In this document: positions 8,659 to 17,818 of the stretch, one piece after another
Layout of the letters: each line of letters opens with the position of its first letter
How positions within the stretch are numbered: the stretch's first letter is position 1
Virus record (IMG/VR): IMGVR_UViG_2756170246_000001
Location: 4,509-68,508 of that record
Strand: one strand, 5' to 3'
From: a virus
Lineage: Duplodnaviria > Caudoviricetes
Length of the DNA: 64,000 nucleotides
Position numbers and translations under genes: made by a program
The notes under the pieces: model-generated
Told to the model about the DNA's origin: nothing
The model's database searches: none
Seen by the model: the letters and a program-made list of their open reading frames with translations, nothing else

Positions 8659-11600
8659 GCCGTCCTCTGCGCGCGGGACACCCCATCCAAGGCGCGCGCC
8701 GCGATCTGCGACTGGCTTCTCGGTGCCTCCGGCTGGCCGGAAAGGACAAAGGTCTGATTGACGTTCATGGGCCGCTCGTTGTTGTCGCGAGAGCGGCCAG
8801 AGGTGGCGCCAGACGGACTATCGCTGTGCCGGCCTTCGTAGCGCATGCGTGGCCGCACGACGCCGCCGTCGGCATACCCGGCGTAACCACGGCGCATGCC
8901 TTCGACGACGTGGACGCCGCCGGCGCGCGCGACGTCATCCTGGCTCCAGACGACTTCGCCACGATGCACGATGCCGGCCGGATCCTTGCGGCCGCCGGCC
9001 CCGGTAAAGCCGCCGTCGTCGAACAGGCCCCACGATCCGGAGAGGATATCTGAGGTCGCAGCCGGCGAGATCGAGTTCATGAAGCCGAGAGCACCGGAGG
9101 AGCCACCGAACATGCCGGAGAGACCCTGGAACCAGCTTGAGCTGCTCGTCGCCGACGTCAGCTGCGACATGAGGCTCTGCCCCATCTTGCTGAACTGCGC
9201 GATCAGGCCTTCCGAGGCGCCGCCGAGGCTGCTGATAGATCCGGTGGCCTGCTGCGCGGTCCCGGTGACCTTCTGCAAGGCAGTGTTGAACTTGTCGACA
9301 TATTGCGAGCCGGTGGTACCGAGGACGTCGGATTTACCGGCGCCCTTCGAAAGCGGGCCGCCGGTGAACCATGCCGACGCCGCATCGTTTGAGTTGCCAT
9401 ATTTTGAGAGAAGCTTGCCGAACTGCTGCTGGAAGATGGCATCCTGCGCCGCAGGATCCGACATGAACTGGCTTTTCGACATCGGGCTGCCGAAGGCTTG
9501 CGTCGACCACGACGGCAAATTGCTGTTCATGACCTGGTAGGCGCCGAGCGCCTGGTCGCCGTTCCTCAGCACCGGGCCGAGCGCCGAGTAACCGCCGCTG
9601 CCGGCGCTCTCAATCATCTTGATCGCGCTCGCGTAGGACGACATGCTGCCGGACAGCCCACCGCTGCCCCCGCCGAGCACGCTGGCGAACCCGCCAGACG
9701 GGGAGAAGATACCGCCCAGGCCGCCAGAGGTGGTTCCGAATGCTTGATCGATCCGGCTCTGGATCAGGGATTGCGCGGAGCCTCCGGTCCCAAATGCTTG
9801 ATCGATACGCGACTGGATCATGCTCTGGTTGTCGTTCGCCGCACCACCACCAAAGCCGAGGATGTCGGACAGCGTGGTATCAGCCTTGAAGCTCGGGCTG
9901 CCAAGCTTTGAGAGGATATCGCTGAGGCCACCGCCAACACCACCGACACCGCCATTCACATTGACGACGGCCGCCTGGACCTGCATGGAGGCGACGGACT
10001 GCCCGCCTGTCCCGAACAGCTTGCTGAGGAATGACCCGCCGGAGGTGCCCTGCTGCTGCCCATTCTGAGATGATGAAGAGCCGTTGCCGCCGAACAGGCT
10101 GCCCAGCAACCCGCCGCCGCCGTTGGCCTGATCGCCGCCGAAAAGCGAATTGAAGATGCCGTCGAGGCCGCGATCGATCAACTTGTCGGCGATCTTTGCC
10201 AGTGCGTTCTTCGCGGCATCACCGAAGCTTTCCCAGAGCGATTTGCCCTGCTGCAGGCTCGACAGCATGTCGGTGGCAAAACCCTTGAAGGTATCCTTGG
10301 TCTCCTGCAGCGCCATGTTGTAGCGCATCATGTTGGCTTCGGCAGAGTTGAGATCGATCGGGAGACCAGCGCTTTGCAGGCGGGAGGCGATGGCTTGGTC
10401 GTCGGAGTTGCGCAGGATCTGCGAGCGCTCGAACAGCAGATCGGCCTGCAGCGAGGCCTTCGCTAGCGCAGCAGCCTGGTCGGACAGCGCCGCCGTGTTG
10501 GCGCGCATCGCGTTGGCTTCCTGGCCGTAGAGCGGAATGCCGAGTTTGCGGATGTCCTGTTCGGTCTTCAGTGCCGCGGCGGAACGCTGGCGGGCCAGCG
10601 TGTTCTCACCAACGGTGGCGACTTCGGCGCGCTGGGTCTCGAGGTCGATCTCCTGGCCGTGGATGGTGTCACGGGCTTCCTGCAGGGCCTTGAGCTTGCC
10701 GTATTCCTCGGCCTTCTGCTTGATGCGCGCGATCTCGGCTTCGTCGACCTTCGTGTTGCTCTGCGCCGCCGCCTCCCTGACCTCCTGCTCGAGCTGGAAG
10801 GCCATGCGCAGACCTTCGGTGGCAGCTGTGGTCTTGCCGATCAGGTCGACGTCGAGCTTCGCAGAAGCCAAGGTGTTGTCGAGCGAGCGTTTCCGCTGAT
10901 CCTGTGCCTCGGTTAGCGCTATTTCCTTCTGGCGCTGCTGCTCGCGCTGCGCCGCGAAGGGATCATCACCAAACCGCTGGCTCATCACGGATTGGTCGCG
11001 GCCGGCCTGCTGGGTCCGATCGAAGTTGCCGATCGAGCCGCGATTGATGTCCTTGATCGCTTCCCCGGTGTTATGGAGCTGCGCGGCCGCCGCGGTCGCC
11101 GCCGCGACGATGGCAAGGATCTTGTCGGCTGTGGTCTGAAGTCCAGGGTTCTGAGCAACAACGCCAGAGATCGATTTTTCGAACGCGGCGTAATCGGGAC
11201 GTCCCGCCTTGATCTGGCCATTCAGGATGCTGATGGCTTCGCCGAATTGGGCGAACTCCGGCTTCACGCCATAGAAGGTCTCACGGCCGCGACCAATCGT
11301 GAACGGTGAGCCAAGTTCGTTCTGGACCGACTTATCAGCGGCCGCCGCAGCCTTCTGCAGATCGTCGGTCTTGCGGCGCGCATCGGATTCAGACGCGATG
11401 ACCGACTTTTTGTAAAAATCGTCGGCCTTCAAACTGGCGTTGCCGTAGGCGGAAGCGAGATCGTCGACGGATTTGCGCTGGGCGTCGGTTGCATCCTTCA
11501 ACGATTTCGTCTGGGGAAGAAGCTTCGAGCCGAACTGGATGCCGGCGGCGACGACGGCGGTCAGGCCTATAGCAACCAGGTTGATGGGGCTGAACAGGCC

Positions 11601-13211
11601 GGTCAGACCGGCGAGCAGCGCTTTTGCACCACCGGCGGCGCCTTGCTCGCCGAGCGACATCTGCAACGCCATGCCGAGCTGCGTGCCCTGCTGCAACGCA
11701 ATCGTCGGGATCGACTGCCCCATCATCGATGTGATCGCGATGTCCTGGAACTGGCTGGTCGCGTTCATGCCGGCGAATTTATTGGCGCCGCCCTGGCTAT
11801 TCTGATTGGCGGCAAGCCTGCCGCGCGCCATCGCCTGAGCCTGGGCAAGTTCATCGGCAGAGATCGCGCCTTTGGCCGCCAGTGCCGAGTATTCCGCCAG
11901 TTCCGCATTGACGCGGTCTTGTACCGCCGCCAGCGGGTTGAGCTCAGCGCGCAGTGCGGCGACGCGCGACGCCATCTGGTCGGCCTCACGGCCGGCCTCT
12001 TCGAAGACTGAGGCGGATGCACGGGCTGAATTACCCCCGGAGCCGATCCCGAACGATGCGTTGAGATCGCTCTGGAACGTCGAGCCGATCTGTTCAGCCT
12101 TCAGTTTGGCGATGGTATCGAGGCGGTCCATTTCGGCCGTGAAGACCGATGCGGCATCTCGTGCCGATTTCGCGATCCCAGCGACGAGGCTGGCATCCAA
12201 CTCGGTACCAAAAGCCTGCCCGGCTTGTTGAGCCTTGAGGCCTGCGATTTCTTCGATCTGTGCGAAATCGGCGGAAAAGACGGCCGCTGCGTCACGCGCG
12301 GATTTCGCGGTGCCGGCTACAAGGGAGGCTTCGAGGTCGGCACCGAACGCTTGGCCAGCCTGCTGCGCCTTCTGGCGGGCAACCTCTTCCATTTGGGCGA
12401 AGTCGGCTTCAAAGACCGATGCCGAGGCTCGCGCTCCGGATGATGGCGCCGAGACGCCAAGCACCGAATTGAAGCTGCCCTGGTTCGCCGCCGCGATCTG
12501 CCTGCTGTTTTCGGCGGCCTGATCGGAGCGGGCGGCGGCGAGAAACTGCTTGTGCGCATTTGCGGCCGTGGCGGCCGCCGCAGCGGTCTGATCATACTTG
12601 AGCACAAGATTTTCGAGCGCGGTTGCGTATCCGCCGGTGATCTGGGTACCGCTACGCTCCAGTTCGGCCAGATCGGCCAGTTCTGAATTCATCCGCTGAC
12701 CAGCCGCATAGGTCTGGTCATATTTCTGCCGGATGGTCTCAAGGCGCTCCGCCTGCGCCGCCGCAGTTGCCGCCGCTTGCGCCATGGAGGCGGCCTGCCC
12801 CTCGATCTGGGCGTTCGCCTTGCCCACAGCGGCGGCCAGATGAACCTGCCCTTTCGCGGCGAGCTCTGAAACATCGGCGGTGAGACCGAGCTTCTGGTTC
12901 ATGCCGACGAGCAGGCGGGTGGCGCCCTCGATGTCAGTCTTGCCACTGTCGAGCTGCCGCCCGATCTGGCGCAGACCTTGCTCGAAGCGCTCCTGGTTCT
13001 TGAACCCGTCGATGTATTGGCGCGACAACTTGGCGAGAGTGTCGCCAGCTGAACTGATCTTGGTGTCGGTCTGCGAGATCGCGGCGCCAACCGCCTGGGC
13101 CGACGCCGTCATCTCGCGGTCGGATACGATCTTCTGGTCAGCGCCGGTCTTGTATTTCGAGGCATCGATCTCGGCGGCGACGCGGAGGCTGCTCAACGCG
13201 ATGTCGTTCAT
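8655..13211 (-). CDS. Tail tape measure protein with embedded lytic transglycosylase-like domain
   Basis: 1518 aa, Ala/Gln-rich helical; QFQDIAITSMMGQS..TIALQQGTQL tape-measure motif; AIKMIES...ALGAYQVM...Q(D)AIF...AASAWFTG lysozyme-like segment. Confidence 0.93.
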   Translation of the reverse strand: MNDIALSSLRVAAEIDASKYKTGADQKIVSDREMTASAQAVGAAISQTDTKISSAGDTLAKLSRQYIDGFKNQERFEQGLRQIGRQLDSGKTDIEGATRLLVGMNQKLGLTADVSELAAKGQVHLAAAVGKANAQIEGQAASMAQAAATAAAQAERLETIRQKYDQTYAAGQRMNSELADLAELERSGTQITGGYATALENLVLKYDQTAAAAATAANAHKQFLAAARSDQAAENSRQIAAANQGSFNSVLGVSAPSSGARASASVFEADFAQMEEVARQKAQQAGQAFGADLEASLVAGTAKSARDAAAVFSADFAQIEEIAGLKAQQAGQAFGTELDASLVAGIAKSARDAASVFTAEMDRLDTIAKLKAEQIGSTFQSDLNASFGIGSGGNSARASASVFEEAGREADQMASRVAALRAELNPLAAVQDRVNAELAEYSALAAKGAISADELAQAQAMARGRLAANQNSQGGANKFAGMNATSQFQDIAITSMMGQSIPTIALQQGTQLGMALQMSLGEQGAAGGAKALLAGLTGLFSPINLVAIGLTAVVAAGIQFGSKLLPQTKSLKDATDAQRKSVDDLASAYGNASLKADDFYKKSVIASESDARRKTDDLQKAAAAADKSVQNELGSPFTIGRGRETFYGVKPEFAQFGEAISILNGQIKAGRPDYAAFEKSISGVVAQNPGLQTTADKILAIVAAATAAAAQLHNTGEAIKDINRGSIGNFDRTQQAGRDQSVMSQRFGDDPFAAQREQQRQKEIALTEAQDQRKRSLDNTLASAKLDVDLIGKTTAATEGLRMAFQLEQEVREAAAQSNTKVDEAEIARIKQKAEEYGKLKALQEARDTIHGQEIDLETQRAEVATVGENTLARQRSAAALKTEQDIRKLGIPLYGQEANAMRANTAALSDQAAALAKASLQADLLFERSQILRNSDDQAIASRLQSAGLPIDLNSAEANMMRYNMALQETKDTFKGFATDMLSSLQQGKSLWESFGDAAKNALAKIADKLIDRGLDGIFNSLFGGDQANGGGGLLGSLFGGNGSSSSQNGQQQGTSGGSFLSKLFGTGGQSVASMQVQAAVVNVNGGVGGVGGGLSDILSKLGSPSFKADTTLSDILGFGGGAANDNQSMIQSRIDQAFGTGGSAQSLIQSRIDQAFGTTSGGLGGIFSPSGGFASVLGGGSGGLSGSMSSYASAIKMIESAGSGGYSALGPVLRNGDQALGAYQVMNSNLPSWSTQAFGSPMSKSQFMSDPAAQDAIFQQQFGKLLSKYGNSNDAASAWFTGGPLSKGAGKSDVLGTTGSQYVDKFNTALQKVTGTAQQATGSISSLGGASEGLIAQFSKMGQSLMSQLTSATSSSSWFQGLSGMFGGSSGALGFMNSISPAATSDILSGSWGLFDDGGFTGAGGRKDPAGIVHRGEVVWSQDDVARAGGVHVVEGMRRGYAGYADGGVVRPRMRYEGRHSDSPSGATSGRSRDNNERPMNVNQTFVLSGQPEAPRSQSQIAARALDGVSRAQRTA
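11995..12437 (-). repeat. Three-and-a-bit tandem 45-aa (135-bp) repeats within the tape measure gene
   Basis: Units of the form SARDAAAVFSADFAQIEEIAGLKAQQAGQAFGTELDASLVAGIAK; boundaries approximate. Confidence 0.8.
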
Positions 13212-13570
13212 GTCGCAGCCTCCTTCCTTTTTTCAGCGAGATGGATCAGCCATTCGTCGTCTATTGCGGAAACGAAGGCGACGAAGCGATCGAAGGCTTC
13301 ACCCTCGATGCAGTAGCGGCGGGCGTAGGCGTCGAAGGCGAGGAAGCTGATCGGGGTTTCGCCGCCGCCTTCGGTGTATTGCCGGTCGTAGCGAAGGGTC
13401 TGCCAGGCGCGACGGTAGAAATCGTGCCAGGTCTCGTATCTGGCTTCATCCGGCCTGGTCGGAAGCGATTCCGTTGGTACCTCGTCCGGGTACTCCCGGT
13501 TGAGGTCAGCCAGCCATTCGTGATGGCCTCTCCGCTCCAGGTCGTAGCGGAAGGCCGCCTTCAGTTTCCC
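13208..13570 (-). CDS. Tail assembly chaperone gpT-like segment, expressed as a gpGT fusion by -1 frameshift
   Basis: Opens in the -1 frame at the slippery site (GKLKAAFRYDL...); C-terminal PISFLAFDAYARRY...F...ID.EW motif; ends overlapping the tape measure start. Confidence 0.8.
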   Translation of the reverse strand, partial: GKLKAAFRYDLERRGHHEWLADLNREYPDEVPTESLPTRPDEARYETWHDFYRRAWQTLRYDRQYTEGGGETPISFLAFDAYARRYCIEGEAFDRFVAFVSAIDDEWLIHLAEKRKEAAT

Positions 13571-14001
13571 GAGGCGGTTTCCTCGAACTGGACCTGACGC
13601 TTGCCGACGACGCCGGCGCACCAACGCACCATGGCGCGGACTGCGCGATGTTCTTCCGCCATGAGGACGGAACCGACGATCTCAGGAGAATAGGGGACGT
13701 CGAGGCCACGCCAGCCCAGCAGCAGATGCTCGACGGCAAGCTTGCCTTCGGCTTTGGCCTGCGCATCGGCGGGGATGGTGCCGCTCGGGAACGCCTGGCG
13801 AAGCTTCTCCAGCTCCACCTGGTAGGCGGCGGCGTACGGCGGGTAATTGATGGAGCGCGTCAGGAACGCGAGGCCGGGCAACGGGACCTGCTCGTAGGGC
13901 TTGTCCGGGTTGAGACCGGGCCATTCCTTCGGCTCGATCCAGTCGCCTTCCCGTTCCTTGACGAGGTCGGCGGCCAAGCTGGCCAGTTTGATGATGCTCA
14001 T
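13561..14001 (-). CDS. Tail assembly chaperone gpG-like
   Basis: Start MSIIKLASL with AAGGA RBS; between tube and tape measure; HLLLGWRGL motif; ends TCG GGA AAC TGA. Confidence 0.8.
   Translation of the reverse strand: MSIIKLASLAADLVKEREGDWIEPKEWPGLNPDKPYEQVPLPGLAFLTRSINYPPYAAAYQVELEKLRQAFPSGTIPADAQAKAEGKLAVEHLLLGWRGLDVPYSPEIVGSVLMAEEHRAVRAMVRWCAGVVGKRQVQFEETASGN
13564..13570 (-). promoter_or_regulatory. -1 programmed ribosomal frameshift heptamer G GGA AAC
   Basis: In-frame X XXY YYZ heptamer immediately before the gpG stop; the -1 frame stays open to 13208. Confidence 0.85.
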
Positions 14002-14011
14002 GTCGGTATCC

Positions 14012-14090
14012 TTTGTCGGGAGGTGTGGCGGCGGGCCCGACAAAAACCCGCCGCCTTTGCGCGCAAGCTATGTCCCGTTGTCGGACGGGA
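14012..14090 (-). promoter_or_regulatory. Structured 5' leader of the chaperone gene (putative H-type pseudoknot plus upstream hairpin)
   Basis: mRNA GGCGGCGGG-UU-UUUGUCGGG-CCCGCCGCC-ACACCU-CCCGACAAA-GGA: two interleaved perfect 9-bp stems abutting the SD. Confidence 0.55.
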
Positions 14091-14097
14091 TTCAGTC

Positions 14098-15567
14098 TCA
14101 GGCCTCAAAATATTCCAGGCGATCGAGCAGAATTGTCGCGTTCGTCAACGTGTCGATCGACGCCATGCTTGTGAGAGGCAATTTCGTATCGGTGTTCTTC
14201 GCCGTCGCGTTGGCCTGCCCGTCGGTGTAGGTGAGACGCGGCGCCGCAAACACCATCGCCTGGCTGTTCTTGGCGGTGCGGATGTTGATGTTGGTTGCCG
14301 TCCCGGCGAAGAGCTTCGCCAGCAATGCGTTGGAGCCGAAATAGGTGCCCATGGTGACGGTGACGTCGACGGAGCCCTTTCCGATGTCCTCGGCGCCGAC
14401 AAGACCGTCGGACCGGATGCCACCGATCATGCGCAAATTGTTCTTGATGGTGATGACGGACGATTCGATGAAGTTCGGACCACCGACCGGCGTCCCGTTC
14501 TCCGCGATGCGGCCGACATTGACCGCCGCCGACATGATCGCATTGGTTGTCGCCGCATCGGGGGAGGCATCCAGCGAGGTGGTATCCTGGGTGCCGGTCA
14601 TGCCGGCGAAGGTCATCGTCCAGGTGGTGACCTGCTCCTTGACGAAGTTGAAGACGCCCTGATCGACCACCATGCCGCGCTGCGCGATGTAGGTTGGAAC
14701 CGTCTGGTCCATGAAACCGCGTTCCAGCGTGTTACCCAGCGTGAGAAGACCGTTCTTCAGCTGGTCGCCGAACCAGACCTTGATCGTCTTCGAGGTGCCC
14801 GCATCGGTCGTCCAGCCCGTCGGCAGATTGTCGAGGGTGATCGCATGCGCGGCGATCGCCGTGATGCGAGCCCAACCATTGCAGACCGCTGTGGCGAACT
14901 TGTCGATCGTTGCGGTGCCGCCAAGCTTCAGCCATCCGCCGACGTTGAGGCCGAGCGTGGTGAAGTCGAGCGATGCCGACGTCAGGCTGCTGGCGGCCGC
15001 GGCGATATCGCCAGAGGCGCCCTGGAAGCCAACCACCTTCATGCGTGCTGCCGCTGGCGGGGCGGCTTCATCGGTGATGCCCGAGCCGACAAATGCGGGA
15101 ACCGTCGCGGACCCGGTCGTGCACTTGAAGACGCCATTGTTGCCGGCGACGCCAAAATCGCTGAACCGCACCAGTTGGCCGGCAACGAAGGCATCGCCAG
15201 TCGTGACGGTGGCCACGGTGCCCGAAGTGGCGAGCCCGGTGATGACACTATCAGCGGTGCCGTCGTTGTCACGGAACGGCGTGTTGTCCCAGGTGCTGCA
15301 GAACAACGATTCCAGCCAGTCCGAGAACGGCGAGCCATTCGGTGGCCAGGAAAGCTCACCGTTGATCGGACCGTCGTTCATCTCGTTGACCTTGATCGGA
15401 TCCGAATTCATGCGGTCCGACCGGATCTCCTCAGAATTGACGAAGGCCGGCGCGAAGCGAAGCGTCTCGCCCTTGAGGCGCACGGTGCGCATCCGGGGTG
15501 TATTTGGTGTCGTTCCGAGCGTGACCTCGCGGACCGAGGACACGCGAACTCTGTTTGCGTCCGACAT
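14098..15567 (-). CDS. Major tail tube protein
   Basis: Start MSDANRVR with GGAGA RBS; SEEIRSDRM..D motif; 489 aa with an internal beta-rich insertion; upstream of the chaperones. Confidence 0.8.
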   Translation of the reverse strand: MSDANRVRVSSVREVTLGTTPNTPRMRTVRLKGETLRFAPAFVNSEEIRSDRMNSDPIKVNEMNDGPINGELSWPPNGSPFSDWLESLFCSTWDNTPFRDNDGTADSVITGLATSGTVATVTTGDAFVAGQLVRFSDFGVAGNNGVFKCTTGSATVPAFVGSGITDEAAPPAAARMKVVGFQGASGDIAAAASSLTSASLDFTTLGLNVGGWLKLGGTATIDKFATAVCNGWARITAIAAHAITLDNLPTGWTTDAGTSKTIKVWFGDQLKNGLLTLGNTLERGFMDQTVPTYIAQRGMVVDQGVFNFVKEQVTTWTMTFAGMTGTQDTTSLDASPDAATTNAIMSAAVNVGRIAENGTPVGGPNFIESSVITIKNNLRMIGGIRSDGLVGAEDIGKGSVDVTVTMGTYFGSNALLAKLFAGTATNINIRTAKNSQAMVFAAPRLTYTDGQANATAKNTDTKLPLTSMASIDTLTNATILLDRLEYFEA

Positions 15568-15699
15568 GACATTTCTCCATGGCAAAGAGCGCCGCGGTCA
15601 GGCCGGGCGGTGGTTGATCGGTTGCGTGGATGGTCGAGACGCGGCAGCGTTTCTCGGCTATATTGCCGATCCAGAGACCGACAATTCAGGACTAAGACG

Positions 15700-15984
15700 A
15701 TGTGCTACGGGTGCTATAAAGAAGCGGGCGAGCCGAAGATTTTCTCTGGCTTAGTCATGGTCGCCGCTGCCATGGCCAAAGAGATCGACAACTACGGCGC
15801 TTTTCACATCGTGGTCGACGACATGAACATCGAAGATCATCATCTCGAATATTGTATCGAGCACGCCGAAGCGACCGAAGCCGAGATCGAGTTTGGCCGG
15901 CTAATGCTGACCATGGACGAAGATGCCAGAATGTCGGCGCTGGCTTTGGCGGATGGTATGTGGTCGATGAGCCTGAAGGTTTAG
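15700..15984 (+). CDS. Small acidic hypothetical protein (moron) antisense to the late operon
   Basis: MCYGCYKE...YGAFHIVVDDMNIEDHHLEYC; occupies its own gap between tail genes; AGGA 9 nt upstream. Confidence 0.65.
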   Translation: MCYGCYKEAGEPKIFSGLVMVAAAMAKEIDNYGAFHIVVDDMNIEDHHLEYCIEHAEATEAEIEFGRLMLTMDEDARMSALALADGMWSMSLKV

Positions 15985-16175
15985 GCTTGCTCGGCTGGCA
16001 TTTCGGCCTGCTTGGATTTCGCAGACTTCGGCGCTGACGGCGCCTGCAGGAAGCCGCGTTCGGTGAGACCGCCCACGGGATGCGGCGAGAGATCGGTGTC
16101 GTCGGGGATCTCGTCGCCGGCCTTGAAGCGCTGGACCCGCGTGTTGAACGCTTTCAGAACCTTGAGCATGGTCAT
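15981..16175 (-). CDS. Small hypothetical virion-region protein
   Basis: 64 aa; ATGA-coupled to the upstream gene. Confidence 0.65.
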   Translation of the reverse strand: MTMLKVLKAFNTRVQRFKAGDEIPDDTDLSPHPVGGLTERGFLQAPSAPKSAKSKQAEMPAEQA

Positions 16176-16582
16176 TCGTCCCTTTGCCAGTTGATGGTTG
16201 CGGTCATGGCGTAGTAGTTCGCCTTGTATTTTCCGGCTTCACCGGCACCGAGCGAAGCCTCACGGAAGATCACCGTTCCGATCTCCATGCCCCGGAAGAG
16301 ATCGATCAGCTGTCCGGCGAGCTCACGCGCCTTCCGGGTGCCGATGTTGTTCCTGGTCATGACGTTCAGGTAGAGCTGGCCAACCTCGCGCCATAGGTTT
16401 GCGGAACGCGTCTCCGCACCGATCGACGCCTGATCGAAGAAATCGCCGAAGATCTCGACGAAGACGAAATGGGCGGGATCGTCGGGGAGATCGTCGGGCA
16501 TGTTCTCGAAGATCAGCGGCGTCGTCGTCCATTGAGCGGTGAGATACTGCTCGATGGTGTCGTAGGTGGTGAGGCTGGACAT
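16172..16582 (-). CDS. Tail terminator-like protein (DUF4128-like)
   Basis: Position before the tube gene; G..KARELAGQLIDLFRG motif typical of terminators. Confidence 0.65.
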   Translation of the reverse strand: MSSLTTYDTIEQYLTAQWTTTPLIFENMPDDLPDDPAHFVFVEIFGDFFDQASIGAETRSANLWREVGQLYLNVMTRNNIGTRKARELAGQLIDLFRGMEIGTVIFREASLGAGEAGKYKANYYAMTATINWQRDE

Positions 16583-17202
16583 CAGAGCGCGTTGATCACG
16601 AGGGCTGGATAGGTCAGCGCGGTACCAGCGGCACGGCGTTTGGTCGTCCGCTTGAGGCGGTACGGCGCCAGCGGAGATATGCCGCCGGGCACCTCCACAT
16701 ACTTCATCTCGATCTTGAATGCGGCGCCGAAACGCGCGCTGAGAGCGTTCTTGGCGGCATCGAAATGACGTCTCCCCGGGCCGTTGTAGCCGGTTTCGAT
16801 CTTGCGAGTGGATGGGTAGGGGTTGAAGATGATGACCTCCGCATCCGGCCGCAGCTTCGAAAAATCCGTCGCCACTGTGCGCCCGCCGACGATGACCATG
16901 AATGACCCCGCATACCTTCCGGTCCGACGCGGGCTGCGCTTCACCAACTCGGCCTTGGCCGCGTTGATCACCAGAGGCCAGTTCGAAAACACGTAGAGGA
17001 TGGAGCCCGGGACCTGGACCGTCTCTTCGGCCGCTCCTTCAACGCTGTTGACGAAGCGCGTGTACTGCGGCGATGCACCCGCTGCAATGGCTTTGGCGAG
17101 CTCGGCGCGCGCAAACTTGGCCAGCGCCGCACTGATCGCGGCTGGCTCCATGCCGGCCGTGGCAAGCTTCAGGTCGCGTTCGAAGGTGTCGAAGCGGGCC
17201 AT
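16582..17202 (-). CDS. Neck/tail completion protein (HK97 gp10-like position)
   Basis: Start MARFDTFERDL at 17202 coupled to the upstream stop; SPRRTGRY...FNPYP.TRKIE.G motif. Confidence 0.65.
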   Translation of the reverse strand: MARFDTFERDLKLATAGMEPAAISAALAKFARAELAKAIAAGASPQYTRFVNSVEGAAEETVQVPGSILYVFSNWPLVINAAKAELVKRSPRRTGRYAGSFMVIVGGRTVATDFSKLRPDAEVIIFNPYPSTRKIETGYNGPGRRHFDAAKNALSARFGAAFKIEMKYVEVPGGISPLAPYRLKRTTKRRAAGTALTYPALVINAL

Positions 17203-17465
17203 CAGCGGGCGCCCAGAAAGGTTCGCAAGGAGCCGGCCAGCAAGTTCGCCAAAACCTCGCTGCAGCCGGTCGTGCCCATTATGCACGCGCTCTCGGGCAG
17301 CACGCCGGTATAATCGGGGAACTCCACTTCGAACATCTTGCCGTCTTTCGAGGAGATGGTCACAGTGAATGGCCCCTCGGGCGCCTCGATGCGCTCCATC
17401 TCGATGCCTTCGAGGAAAGCCACCTTGAGCGGGCGCCGCGCCGAAAGATCGACAACGTCCGCCAT
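17202..17465 (-). CDS. Hypothetical protein
   Basis: MADVVDL...; TGATG overlaps on both sides. Confidence 0.55.
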   Translation of the reverse strand: MADVVDLSARRPLKVAFLEGIEMERIEAPEGPFTVTISSKDGKMFEVEFPDYTGVLPESACIMGTTGCSEVLANLLAGSLRTFLGAR

Positions 17466-17818
17466 CACCCACCAACCATCAGTTCGATGCGGACCACGAC
17501 GTTCTGCACCCGGATATGCTTCGGGAACTCGACGTTGCGTACCTTGCCGGCCTGCACGATCTTATCATCCTTGCGAATTGGCAGCCTGAACTGCGCCAGG
17601 TTGACATCGGTCGGGCTCAGGATGACGCGCGACCATGTCTGATCGATCTGACCGACCAGTTCTTCCGCCTTCAGCGGCCGGATCGAAGCGCGGACATCGG
17701 CATCGAACGGGATCTGGGTCGAGTTCGGGCCCAGTGTCAGTCGACGCAGCACAACATCCTCGCCGGCATCGAGCAGCGCGGCGTCGAGGTCGGCGATGAG
17801 CGAGTCCGGATCGGTCAC
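17465..17818 (-). CDS. Head-tail joining (stopper, gpFII-like) protein
   Basis: GTG start (TDPDSLIADLDAALLDAGEDVVLRR); size and position. Confidence 0.6.
   Translation of the reverse strand: MTDPDSLIADLDAALLDAGEDVVLRRLTLGPNSTQIPFDADVRASIRPLKAEELVGQIDQTWSRVILSPTDVNLAQFRLPIRKDDKIVQAGKVRNVEFPKHIRVQNVVVRIELMVGG

Noticed and set aside
13648-15699. 778-aa plus-strand ORF 13648..15984
   Set aside because: Antisense shadow of the tail tube gene in high-GC DNA; only the last 94 codons (from 15700) lie in free sequence and look coding.
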